From Cyanophyceae cyanobacterium (GTDB lineage: Bacteria; Cyanobacteriota; Cyanobacteriia; Cyanobacteriales; JBHJGN01): a stretch of DNA of 64,000 nucleotides. The notes beneath the pieces are model-generated. The model made no database searches, was not told where the DNA came from, and worked only from the letters and a program-made list of their open reading frames with translations. A program made the position numbers and the translations under genes. Shown piece after piece: positions 49,801 to 58,044 of the stretch (position 1 is the stretch's first letter; each line of letters begins with the position of its first letter). The stretch is taken from contig JBHJGN010000016.1 of assembly GCA_050331735.1 (NCBI GenBank), positions 1 through 64,000 on the forward strand, in the 5' to 3' direction.

Positions 49801-51028
49801 AATTTTAGCTAACGATGCCGATGCCAACGTTGTCGTTGTCGGTGACCTCAACGAGTTTGAGTTTATTTCTCCTCTTGATATTTTGGCCGGGACGACAGTA
49901 AGCACCAACGGCGGTCAAGAGACTGCCCCGGGTGGAGAGGCTGTTCTGACCAACCTCGTCAATACCATTTCTGAAGAGGAGCGCTATAGCTTTATCTTCC
50001 AGGGCAACTCTCAACAGATCGATCACATTCTGGTCAGCGATAGCTTGCTAGAGGGAGCAGTTATTGATAATGTTCACGTCAATACTGAATTTGCAGCGAC
50101 CGATGAACGCGCCAGCGATCACGATCCGGTGATTGCGAGCCTGAGTCTCGAAAGCGATCGCACTGTTAACGAGATTAACGGAACTCGCGGAGACGATACC
50201 ATTACCGGGACGAACGAGGATGATTTGATTCGTGGCGATAACGGCAATGACATCGTTAATGCTCGCGGTGGTAACGATACCGTTATAGGCGGTCGCGGCG
50301 GAGATTCTCTGAGAGGAGGGGCTGGCGACGATGTGCTGGCCGCCGATCGCGTTGATCGCTTTGACGACTTCGACGGGACTACTAGCTTCCTCAGCGGCGA
50401 CAGCGGTAACGATACTATCTTTGGCGGTCGTAAAGACGACACTATCGGTGGCGGTAACGACGACGATGTTCTATTTGGCAAGGGCGGCGACGATCTGATT
50501 CGCGGAGGAAGCGGTGACGATCTCCTCAACGGCGGTGTTGGGAATGACACCCTTCGCGGTCAAGGCGGTATCGATACGGCTGATTATTCCGACCTCACCT
50601 TTAATGGAGTCTTCGCCAGCGTCGCGGGTCTGGATGTGAACCTGTCTGACAACAGTGCTCGTCACTCCAGTACTAACAATGCCCTGACTTGGGAAGACAC
50701 GTTGACCACCATTGAAAATATAATCGGGACCAGCCGCAACGATCGCTCGATCGGTAACGGCCAGAACAATGTCTTTGACGGCCAAGGGGAAGTCGGTCGC
50801 AGCGATCGCCAAACCCAATTTACCGCTCTTAATGGGGAAACCTACAGCGTCACGGCTGATGTGGTCGAATACAGCGGCTCCCAGAGCGACTTGACCTTCA
50901 TGGGCAGTGCCGATAGCTTCACCGTCATGGGCAGCGGCATCGGCACAGATACTCTAATAGACATTGAGTTTGTGAGGTTTAATGCAGATAGTGCTGTCGT
51001 GGCAACGTCTGATCTAGCCTTCGCTTAA
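46838..51028 (+). CDS. Large secreted ExeM/NucH-like EEP nuclease with Calx-beta, OB-fold and RTX repeats
   Basis: AGGAG RBS with GTG start; Calx-beta (EGDSGTTSFTFTVTRSG); OB fold (IFEIQG...GIVTA...GFYLQD); EEP motifs TYNVLN, GLQEV, NHFSSK, GDLNE, IDHIL and SDHDP; GGxGxD RTX repeats. Confidence 0.88.
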   Translation: MATIFTESFETDGNGSRYTTSIPEFTDGSSDFLTRTDGSNISGGYDVTGSDGSFYFAAQDIDGEGDASQQTLIFSEIDIANFTNLSFSALFAEDDSSDGNEDWDAPDFVTVEYQVDGGGFLDLLAFENDGSTFNSAPLQDTDFDGTGDGTEVTDTFATFSNTIDATGSTLDLRITFDLDSGDEDIAIDNIQLMGDAATSELLISEFQPNPPGTDPSSQTFELSGTPGESFSGVIVGIESDSGSANPGDINNFESVSGTFDANGLLTVSIDDLENPSFTVALLSDFTGDTSTDIDPDDDGMADDLSTFGTVFDAIGVLDAMSDQSLLYGAQLGGTDFDFTGSEPEIIFRDASVGALFAVNELGVNEVFDTAGNSVDPNSFDINPTTGTTFGAINPSSDNGGTTLSIQASDAVQAEGDSGTTSFTFTVTRSGDTSGATDVDFAVSGEADAADFGGTLPSGTISFAAGDTTQTITLAVSGDTDTEADEDFTVTLSNPTNGATIATATATGTIQNDDITVTPIFEIQGAAQSSPLAGQSVSTIGIVTAVDTNGFYLQDPTGDGDSATSDALFVFTSSAPGVSVGDELQVSGTVSEFIPGGAGTGNLSITQISGSPTITTLSTGNALPNSVVLGVDRTPPTEIIDNDQDTQYNVLQGGGDYEPTADGIDFYESLEAMRVTVNEPVAVAGTSQFGEIFTVVNDGAGASNLSQRGTANIAPEDYNPERVQIDSDSFTPGGIPDVATGAELNNVTGVISYSFGSFEVLATEAITVTESNLEPEISTIAPTATNLTIATYNVLNLDPNDNDGDMDVANGRFEAIANDIVTNLNTPDVIGLQEVQDNDGSDNTGVTSASETLQLLVDEIAAAGGPQYEFIDNTFIEDGESGGQPGGNIRTAFLYNPNRVNLVDGSVRPIGDQEPGSPFNGSRLPLVADFEFNGQTVTVVDNHFSSKGGSSPLFGAIQPASDLQEDPDINGSLDERREQAQAVNDFVDGILANDADANVVVVGDLNEFEFISPLDILAGTTVSTNGGQETAPGGEAVLTNLVNTISEEERYSFIFQGNSQQIDHILVSDSLLEGAVIDNVHVNTEFAATDERASDHDPVIASLSLESDRTVNEINGTRGDDTITGTNEDDLIRGDNGNDIVNARGGNDTVIGGRGGDSLRGGAGDDVLAADRVDRFDDFDGTTSFLSGDSGNDTIFGGRKDDTIGGGNDDDVLFGKGGDDLIRGGSGDDLLNGGVGNDTLRGQGGIDTADYSDLTFNGVFASVAGLDVNLSDNSARHSSTNNALTWEDTLTTIENIIGTSRNDRSIGNGQNNVFDGQGEVGRSDRQTQFTALNGETYSVTADVVEYSGSQSDLTFMGSADSFTVMGSGIGTDTLIDIEFVRFNADSAVVATSDLAFA

Positions 51029-51054
51029 GCTCAGCCGGGAATTTTACGTCAAGG

Positions 51055-51083
51055 AGCAGGACAGCTACCTGTCCTGCTTGTTT
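51055..51083 (+). terminator. Intrinsic terminator after the nuclease gene
   Basis: AGCAGGACAG-CTAC-CTGTCCTGCT followed by TGTTT. Confidence 0.7.
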
Positions 51084-51240
51084 GCGTGGAGAGAATCTCC
51101 CCATTTGTGAGAGCACAGATACTACAGTTTAGAAGGAAGCTTAATAACAAAGCGTCAACTTCCAACTAACAAGGAAGCAAAGGCTGTCAAAACGACAACA
51201 ACTTCTATTAGCCTGTAAATATCCCTGTATTCGCTTATCC

Positions 51241-54216
51241 TCACTGAGCATCCATCCAGTTTTGCCCGACGCGCACATCCACAACCAAAGGTACGCTTAG
51301 CTCTACCGCATTCTCCATTGTAGAAACAATCTGAGGCTGCAACCCTTCCCACTCATCGGGGGGAACTTCAAACACCAGTTCATCGTGAACCTGAAGCAAC
51401 AACTGGGCCTGATAGTTTTGTAAAATGGAGTGTAGCTTGACCATCGCAATTTTAATAATATCAGCGCTAGAGCCTTGGATTGGGGCGTTAGCGGCGGCTC
51501 TAAGCAACTGGGCATCGCCGTAGTTCATCTTGATTTGGCTCAGGTTGAGCGCATCCGGGTTGCAGCCGCGCAGCTTCATTAAATTTTTGCTGGCAAAGTT
51601 GAAGTAGCGCCGCCGTCCTAAAATGGTGGTAACGTATCCATGAGCGATCGCCTCTCGCTTCATCTTCTCTAAATACGCAAATACCTCAGCATAGCGGCTG
51701 CGGTACTTTTCAATAAACGCTTTACCTTCTTTCGCGCTCACTCCCGCTTCTCTAGCGAATCGCTGCGCTCCCATGCCGTAGATCACGCCGAAGTTAATAA
51801 TCTTGCCAAGGCGGCGTTCTTGAGAAGTTACGGACTCTTTATCAAAAATTAGCTTCGCCGTCACGCCATGCACGTCACTTCCAGTACGATAGGCTTCTAG
51901 CAGCACTGGCTGCTGAGTGAGGTGAGCCAAAATTCTCAACTCAATTTGGGAATAATCCACCGCAACCAATTGCCATCCTGGCTTAGGAATAAATGCCTGA
52001 CGGATTTTGCGCGAGAACTCAGTCCGAATCGGAATGTTTTGCAGATTGGGATCAGAAGAAGAAAGTCGTCCGGTGGTGGTAACGCTTTGATTAAAGTTGG
52101 TATGTACTCTCCCCGTATCTGAACGAACCAGCGCTGGTAAAGCATCAACGTAGGTAGACTTGAGCTTAGACAGCGTACGATGCTCCAGCACCGTGCTGAC
52201 GATGGCGTGGTCATGCTGGAGCTTTTCTAAAGTCGCGTGATCGGTTGAATATCCTGTTTTTGTCTTTCGCGACTTACTGCGATCGAGTCCAAGTTTTTCA
52301 AACAAAATCTCGCCAAGCTGTTTCGGAGAACCGAGATTAAATTCCTCGCCTGCATACTGATAAGCCTGAGCTTCCAGCCTTTGCAAATCCTGTTCTAGCT
52401 GCTGAGACAGTCTGTGCAGATACTCTGTATCAATGCATACCCCGCGATCTTCCATCGCCGCTAAAACTGGTTCTAGTGGTTGCTCAACCTCCAACAGCAG
52501 CTTGCGGAGTTCCGGTTGTTTCAGTTCAGCGTTGAGGACTGAAACGAGGCAAAAAGTAACATACGCATCTAAGCCACAGTAGTCAGCTACTTTCTGAATT
52601 TCTAAATCGGCAATGGTTTTTCCTTTGGGAATTTTTAGCTCTTTATAACTCAGAGATCTGATTCCCGATAAATATTCCTCGGCTAAATCCTCTAGTTTAT
52701 GACTCTGTTCGGGACGCAGCACGTAGCTAGCCAGCATTGTATCAAACACAACTCCGGCTAGCCTAATTCCCTGATGCCACAAAATCACCCGGTCGAATTT
52801 AGCATTTTGAAAGGCTTTTGGGTAGTTTTCATCTTCTAGTATCGGACGCAGCGCTGATAGAACCTGCTCCTTGGCAAGCTGGTGTCCTTGAGTATGTGCG
52901 GTGGGAATATACGCTACATCAGTTGCCCCCCAACAGCAGCCAATGCCAACTAATTCAGCATCTCGCGGATTTAACGACGTTGTTTCTGTATCCCAAGCAA
53001 CGGGATGATTTTTGTCGGTATGAGTTTTAAGAAGCTCAACTAATTCTGTGAGTTGCTCTGAAGTGTCAATAATTTTTGGAGCAACGGACGATGAGTAAAC
53101 GACGGTTTGTTCGGCTGACTCCGGCTGTTCAGAACTTGAATCAGATCCCGCTGCAAATAATGCCAACTGTCCATCTGGATTAGATGTCGCTGAAGGAAGT
53201 GGTTCTTTCCCTGAAATATTAGCACTATCTTCTACGGGGGCAGATGTACCGCCAAATTTTTCCTGTAGCCGGTCAATTCTCTTGAGGAATGTTTTGAGCT
53301 CTAGCTCTTCTAAAATAGGTTTTAATGCTTCACTGTCAAATCCTTGAAGCTTGCACTCTTCTAAAACAACATCTACGGGAGTATCTAAGTGAATCTGTGC
53401 TAGGTACTGGGAGTGCAAAGCGTCTGCTTTGCCCGTTTCTAGCTTTTTCTGAACGGCTCCGCCAATGTTATCTAAGTTTTGATAGATTGTTGCTAGATCG
53501 CCGTATTCTTGCAGGAGTTTGACGGCGGTTTTATCTCCGATGCCGCGAACCCCGGGAATATTATCAGATTTGTCTCCACACAAGGCTTTATAGTCTACAA
53601 CCTGATGAGGCTTGATTCCAAGCTTTTCCTCAACAGCGATGGGATCCATTTCTATGTAGCCTTCGCTGGAGCGGTTTTTTAAAGCACTGTTGCTCAAGTA
53701 GAGAACTTTAATATTATTCTGGTCAACCAGTTGAAATAAATCGCGATCGCCTGTTAAAATCTTGACTCGATACCCAGCAAGGCTTGCCTTTTGGGCTAGT
53801 GTCCCTAAAACGTCATCGGCTTCGTATCCAGGAGCCGTAATCACTGGTAAGTTGAGAGCCGCCAGCAGCTCTTTGAGATTGTTTAAATCAGGAACAAAAT
53901 CTTCTGGAGTTTCTTTTCTGTCAGCTTTATAGTTCGCATCCGCTTCATGGCGAAAGGTTGGTTCTCCACGGTCAAAGGCAACAGCGACGAACTGAGGCTG
54001 CTGGGACTCCACCACCTGAGTCAAAGAATTAAGAAACCCAAAGCAGATGCTGGTGGGAATCCCCGTCGAAGTTTTGAGCGGACCTTTCCTCGATGTCGCA
54101 AACGCATAATAGGCCCGAAAAGCTAGAGAATGACCGTCTATCAAAACCAATAGCGGTGCTGTCTCTGACTCGGAACCGCCGGAGAAGGAAGGAGAGGAAG
54201 GAGAAAATTCAGACAT
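51241..54216 (-). CDS. polA: DNA polymerase I
   Basis: 5'-3' exonuclease (IDGHSLAFR, YEADD, GDKSDNIPGV); 3'-5' exonuclease (WDTET); polymerase motifs DYSQIELR, KIINFGVIYG and QVHDEL. Confidence 0.97.
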   Translation of the reverse strand: MSEFSPSSPSFSGGSESETAPLLVLIDGHSLAFRAYYAFATSRKGPLKTSTGIPTSICFGFLNSLTQVVESQQPQFVAVAFDRGEPTFRHEADANYKADRKETPEDFVPDLNNLKELLAALNLPVITAPGYEADDVLGTLAQKASLAGYRVKILTGDRDLFQLVDQNNIKVLYLSNSALKNRSSEGYIEMDPIAVEEKLGIKPHQVVDYKALCGDKSDNIPGVRGIGDKTAVKLLQEYGDLATIYQNLDNIGGAVQKKLETGKADALHSQYLAQIHLDTPVDVVLEECKLQGFDSEALKPILEELELKTFLKRIDRLQEKFGGTSAPVEDSANISGKEPLPSATSNPDGQLALFAAGSDSSSEQPESAEQTVVYSSSVAPKIIDTSEQLTELVELLKTHTDKNHPVAWDTETTSLNPRDAELVGIGCCWGATDVAYIPTAHTQGHQLAKEQVLSALRPILEDENYPKAFQNAKFDRVILWHQGIRLAGVVFDTMLASYVLRPEQSHKLEDLAEEYLSGIRSLSYKELKIPKGKTIADLEIQKVADYCGLDAYVTFCLVSVLNAELKQPELRKLLLEVEQPLEPVLAAMEDRGVCIDTEYLHRLSQQLEQDLQRLEAQAYQYAGEEFNLGSPKQLGEILFEKLGLDRSKSRKTKTGYSTDHATLEKLQHDHAIVSTVLEHRTLSKLKSTYVDALPALVRSDTGRVHTNFNQSVTTTGRLSSSDPNLQNIPIRTEFSRKIRQAFIPKPGWQLVAVDYSQIELRILAHLTQQPVLLEAYRTGSDVHGVTAKLIFDKESVTSQERRLGKIINFGVIYGMGAQRFAREAGVSAKEGKAFIEKYRSRYAEVFAYLEKMKREAIAHGYVTTILGRRRYFNFASKNLMKLRGCNPDALNLSQIKMNYGDAQLLRAAANAPIQGSSADIIKIAMVKLHSILQNYQAQLLLQVHDELVFEVPPDEWEGLQPQIVSTMENAVELSVPLVVDVRVGQNWMDAQ

Positions 54217-54319
54217 ACATCTATTTTAGCGAGAGACTTTGGCCACCAAGGAACCCAGAAGGGTGCTGCGACCATAAACTTGTTTTGGTCGTAGGGAAAT
54301 TCTGGGGCAGTAGTGAGAG

Positions 54320-54718
54320 CTAAGCACTATCTTGATTTTTGATATAGTCTTTAATTTTCTCTAAGGTAGCACCGCCGCAGGAGTTGACGGCATAACCCAG
54401 CGACCAAAGAACGGGCTTGCGATAAAACCCCGACAAATAATCGCTAAACTCCTTGCGAACCAGGCGAGAAGAAACCGTTTTAAGGTTGTTGACCAACTTG
54501 CTAGGAGCGACTTTTGGGTTAACGTCGAGCAGGACGTGCAGATGGTCAGCCTCCGTATTGAACTCCAAAACCGAGCAATCCCATTTAGAACAAGTATCGT
54601 GGAAGATTTGTTCTAGCCGTTCATGGATAGCTCGGTTAATCACTTTATAACGATATTTTGTCACTATAACTAAGTGTAGTTTCAAGCTGTAAACAGCTCC
54701 GCTCGTTGACTTGTGCAT
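54320..54718 (-). CDS. tnpA: Y1 HUH transposase TnpA
   Basis: HLVIVTKYR, EADHLH (HUH), LKTVSSR, LWSLGY and catalytic Y in KDYIKNQ. ATG at 54718. Confidence 0.93.
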   Translation of the reverse strand: MHKSTSGAVYSLKLHLVIVTKYRYKVINRAIHERLEQIFHDTCSKWDCSVLEFNTEADHLHVLLDVNPKVAPSKLVNNLKTVSSRLVRKEFSDYLSGFYRKPVLWSLGYAVNSCGGATLEKIKDYIKNQDSA

Positions 54719-54745
54719 TATTGGACTAAGTGATACAATCTGTTC

Positions 54746-56125
54746 ATGATACTCGCGCACGTCTACAAGCTCAAGCCCTCGCCCTCCCAATCGGCACTAA
54801 TGCACGACTGGCTGAACATGCTGCGGGCGCACTACAACTTCTCCTTGCGAGACCGTATTGAAGCCTATGAACAGGCAAGAAGTCCTGTGCTAGGTAACTA
54901 CTCTCGACTGGACAACCAGGGGAGGACGCGACACCGGAACTTGGTTCCGGTGCGCGAGTCGTCCGTGGTGTGCTGCCCATTGACTTGCTCAGTTAACAAA
55001 ACAGCAACAGTGGGCTATCCTTGGACAAAAGTGGGGAAGAGGCGCTCTGCGGGGATGCAGCAGGACGCTTACCTACCGGAGATGAAGTCAGCTAGACCTT
55101 GGTATAAGCGAATTAACTCTGACGTTCTGCAAACGAACCTGCGGCGGCTCAACGATGCCTTTAACCGTTTCTTTGACGGACTAGAAAAGTATCCCCAGTT
55201 CAAGACTCGCAGTAAGTTTCGCTCTTTTAGCTACAAGCCCAAGCAGGTCAAGATGGAAGGGAATCGAGTTTATCTGCCAGGGTTGGGCTGGATGCGCTTT
55301 TACCTATCTCGTCCTCTGCCAGAGGGGTTTGAAATTAGAACGGTAACGGTAAGGCGCAAGAGTGACGGCTGGCATATGTCGGTGCGGCTAGAGAACGAGG
55401 ATGTTCCTAGCCTGATGCCAAAAGAAACCAGCCAAATTGGTTCAGCCATAGCAGTAGACTTGGGCATTAGGAAGCTAGCGGCGTTGAGCAACGGGGAGTT
55501 GGTTGAAAATCCTAGATTTTCCAAGCGAGTCGAGCGCCGAAAACGGATTAGGCAAAAAGCCGCTGCCAGGAAGATCAAAGGGTCGAAGAATCGCGCCTCG
55601 GCGTATCGATATTTGGCGAAGCTAGACCAGAAAGTAGCTAGAGGGCGAGCCGACTATCACTGGAAGCTAGCTAACCAGTTAGCCCGTGCTGGAGATGCCA
55701 TTATTTTTGAGGCACTCAACATCCGAGGCATGATGGCAAGGTGCAAGCCGAAGCAGTGTCCAGAAACTGGGAAGTATCTTAAGAACGGGCAGGCGGCTAA
55801 GCGCGGTCTCAATCGCGTTATTGCTGATGCTGGCTGGGGAGAGCTAAAGCTAAAGACGAAAGCCGTAGCTGCGAAGCTAGGCTTGATCGTCTGCGAAGTT
55901 GACCCCAAGTTCAGCTCTCAAGAGTGTAGTGAATGCGGCTATATCTCTCCGGTTAATCGAGACAAGGAGAAGTTTCTGTGCGAGGCTTGCGGGTACTTCT
56001 GCGACGCAGATACTCAGGCTTCGCATAATTTGCTCCAAAGAGGACTAAAATCTCTGGGAATTAGTCCAGCCCAGCTACGGGGAGTCCCCTCGAAAGTTAC
56101 ACCTAGGAGTTCTGCTCAGCCGTGA
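54746..56125 (+). CDS. tnpB: RNA-guided endonuclease TnpB
   Basis: N-terminal YKLKP; RuvC-I AVDLG; RuvC-II IIFEAL; zinc finger CSECG/CEACG; RuvC-III DADTQAS. Confidence 0.92.
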   Translation: MILAHVYKLKPSPSQSALMHDWLNMLRAHYNFSLRDRIEAYEQARSPVLGNYSRLDNQGRTRHRNLVPVRESSVVCCPLTCSVNKTATVGYPWTKVGKRRSAGMQQDAYLPEMKSARPWYKRINSDVLQTNLRRLNDAFNRFFDGLEKYPQFKTRSKFRSFSYKPKQVKMEGNRVYLPGLGWMRFYLSRPLPEGFEIRTVTVRRKSDGWHMSVRLENEDVPSLMPKETSQIGSAIAVDLGIRKLAALSNGELVENPRFSKRVERRKRIRQKAAARKIKGSKNRASAYRYLAKLDQKVARGRADYHWKLANQLARAGDAIIFEALNIRGMMARCKPKQCPETGKYLKNGQAAKRGLNRVIADAGWGELKLKTKAVAAKLGLIVCEVDPKFSSQECSECGYISPVNRDKEKFLCEACGYFCDADTQASHNLLQRGLKSLGISPAQLRGVPSKVTPRSSAQP

Positions 56126-56341
56126 AATGCGGTCGCCCATCTGAATGCGGGACGCTGCATTCCGCAGTTCCCGCATGAGGAGCGACAGAAAACATCATCG
56201 GGGTTGCTCGATGAGCCTAGGAACCCTCGGCAGCTCAGTCTGTTCGAGTGGAGGAATGGTCAAGTAATTGGCTGTTCAGATTCTGCGACTGTAGCTTTAG
56301 CTCAATCGTAGAGTATGTCAAAAGGACAAATGAGACAACCG
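56075..56341 (+). ncRNA. Putative TnpB omega/reRNA (boundaries approximate) with flank-derived guide
   Basis: Established IS605 architecture: the reRNA overlaps the tnpB 3' end, runs through the right-end hairpin and takes about 16-20 nt of flank (from 56322) as guide. Confidence 0.55.
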
Positions 56342-56782
56342 CCCCATCTGTTCAGAGACTTTGTTGAGCTTATTCGCCAACCTTTACTGTCTTTTAATAA
56401 GTGTAAAGTCCTGTAAATATCAGGAGCCATGTTTTAAAGAAGGCCTTATCTTAATAAATAAGCACAGAGGCAAGCAAAGCTTAAAGGAAACAGAGATTAG
56501 AACTTGTGCTTCCCGTTCTCAATCTCACCGGCAACTCCTAGAGCTAGCGTCAATTTTAGATAGTTCTGCTTCTAATCTGCTAAGAGATTAATGCTAACAG
56601 ATTAGTCAAAGTAGCCGCTATAAGTATCGCCTGAATCGGTGTTGTGATGCTAGCGAATTAAGAAGCTCTGTTGGTACGTCCACTCTAGTAATAACATTCT
56701 TCCTGTTTAGTTAGGAGTCCAAATCGCTTTTACGTCTTGTACACCCGATCGCCCGCCCTCCCTTGAAGGCGGGCAAATTGTT

Positions 56783-57415
56783 TTAAAGACAAAAGCTCTG
56801 GATTTGCTGCCAAATCGTCGGCAATGTACTGGTTAACGTGTGATCGCTCTTCAGCTCAATTAATTCTACCCAAGGACGCTGACTAGCATAGTCTCGACTC
56901 GCCTGCACTGGAATTACTTCATCCGAGCGTCCGTGAAGAATTAGCGTTGGCACAGGGCGCTGTAGCTGAAGTTCTGGGTACTGCTGGATATCAGGAACGA
57001 ACTGATAGTGAAGCGGGAGACAGCGCCCCTCGCCGTAGTGATAGATTGATAAATACCCAGTTTCCTGCCATTGCTGAAGCCGACCTCCGAGTTGAGGCAA
57101 CCAGTATTCCAGAAAGCTAAAAGCCGGGGCAAGAAGGACCAGTCGCTGTACCTGCTGATGCTGCTGCCCCAACCACGCTGCCGTTAAGCCCCCAAAACTA
57201 GAGCCAATAAGGGTGATTGGGGTAGACGCTGGAAATGCTGCTGCCGCCTGCTGCAATTGCCGGGTTAGCGTCAGATGCGAAAAATCCTCCTGATTCAGGT
57301 CGAGAATCTGAAGGTCAATGTGGCGTTGCCAAAAGCGATCGCGCAAGTACTGAGCCTTTGTTGACCGGGGACCAGAAGCAAAGCCGTGGAGGTAGATGTA
57401 GGCAGGTTGAACCAC
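56783..57415 (-). CDS. YqiA/YcfP-family esterase (alpha/beta hydrolase)
   Basis: YLHGFASGPRSTKA, GSSFGG, HGRSDEVIP and SDH. Confidence 0.88.
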   Translation of the reverse strand: MVQPAYIYLHGFASGPRSTKAQYLRDRFWQRHIDLQILDLNQEDFSHLTLTRQLQQAAAAFPASTPITLIGSSFGGLTAAWLGQQHQQVQRLVLLAPAFSFLEYWLPQLGGRLQQWQETGYLSIYHYGEGRCLPLHYQFVPDIQQYPELQLQRPVPTLILHGRSDEVIPVQASRDYASQRPWVELIELKSDHTLTSTLPTIWQQIQSFCL

Positions 57416-57502
57416 AATTTTATCAACGCTCTTAGCTCTTAGTTTCTAAGTTTTATACTAATCAGTTAGCGAATAGCTAAGGGCTAATCGCTATTCACTA
57501 GC

Positions 57503-57841
57503 TTGAAAGCCAAAAAGTGCTTAACTAAACTAGGGGAATGTGAGGAACTGCTTATGCGCTGTGCTATTTCCAGTCGGGCTGGACAAATTCTTGCTAGAGG
57601 TCGGCTTGTTGTTCGTTCAGAAGAGGATGGATTAAGACTCTATTTTATGAGCGATCGCGGCACGACGATCGAGGGAGGACTGGCTGATGCTGATGGAGAT
57701 TTAACTTCCGCAGGAGAAGTGCTGTTTGCAAAGCTGTTTGAAACCTGGGGGATGACAGATTTAACCCTGACGGCGATCGCCACAAGCGCCGAGGAAAAGC
57801 AAAAGCTACTGCGAGCTAAAGATGAAATTGAACTTCTCTAA
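57503..57841 (+). CDS. Hypothetical protein
   Basis: Likely start ATG 57554 (MRCAISSRAGQILARG...) after GAGG. Confidence 0.65.
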   Translation: MKAKKCLTKLGECEELLMRCAISSRAGQILARGRLVVRSEEDGLRLYFMSDRGTTIEGGLADADGDLTSAGEVLFAKLFETWGMTDLTLTAIATSAEEKQKLLRAKDEIELL

Positions 57842-58044
57842 GAAGAGCCTGTGGAGGTCAGAATTGTGACGACAACGGATCCGGTTCTAAATCTCAGCGA
57901 GATTCTCAACAGAACGAGGTCAAATCCTGTATAGTGCCTAGTTAGCAGCTTGTAGTATGTTCGAGCAGCGATCGCTCCTGATGGAAAATATTCCGCTTCG
58001 GGAGACATAATTGTTCAGTTTTGCATTTTGAACTTTGAATTGAC

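Larger units (their letters stand above)
54247..56321 (+). mobile_element. IS200/IS605-family element (divergent tnpA/tnpB)
   Basis: Left hairpin CTGCGACCA-TAAACTTGTTT-TGGTCGTAG (54266-54294); related right hairpin CTGCGACTG...CAATCGTAG (56283-56311); right end TCAA (56318-56321); CCAC immediately 5' of the inferred left end. Confidence 0.88.

Noticed and set aside
54719..54790. Longer tnpA N-terminus from the ORF track
   Set aside because: It overlaps the tnpB start; ATG 54718 gives a typical-length TnpA.
56123..56186. UGA plus hairpin as a selenocysteine SECIS
   Set aside because: The position is not a catalytic Cys site and no sel genes are in view; an inserted or reRNA hairpin is simpler.
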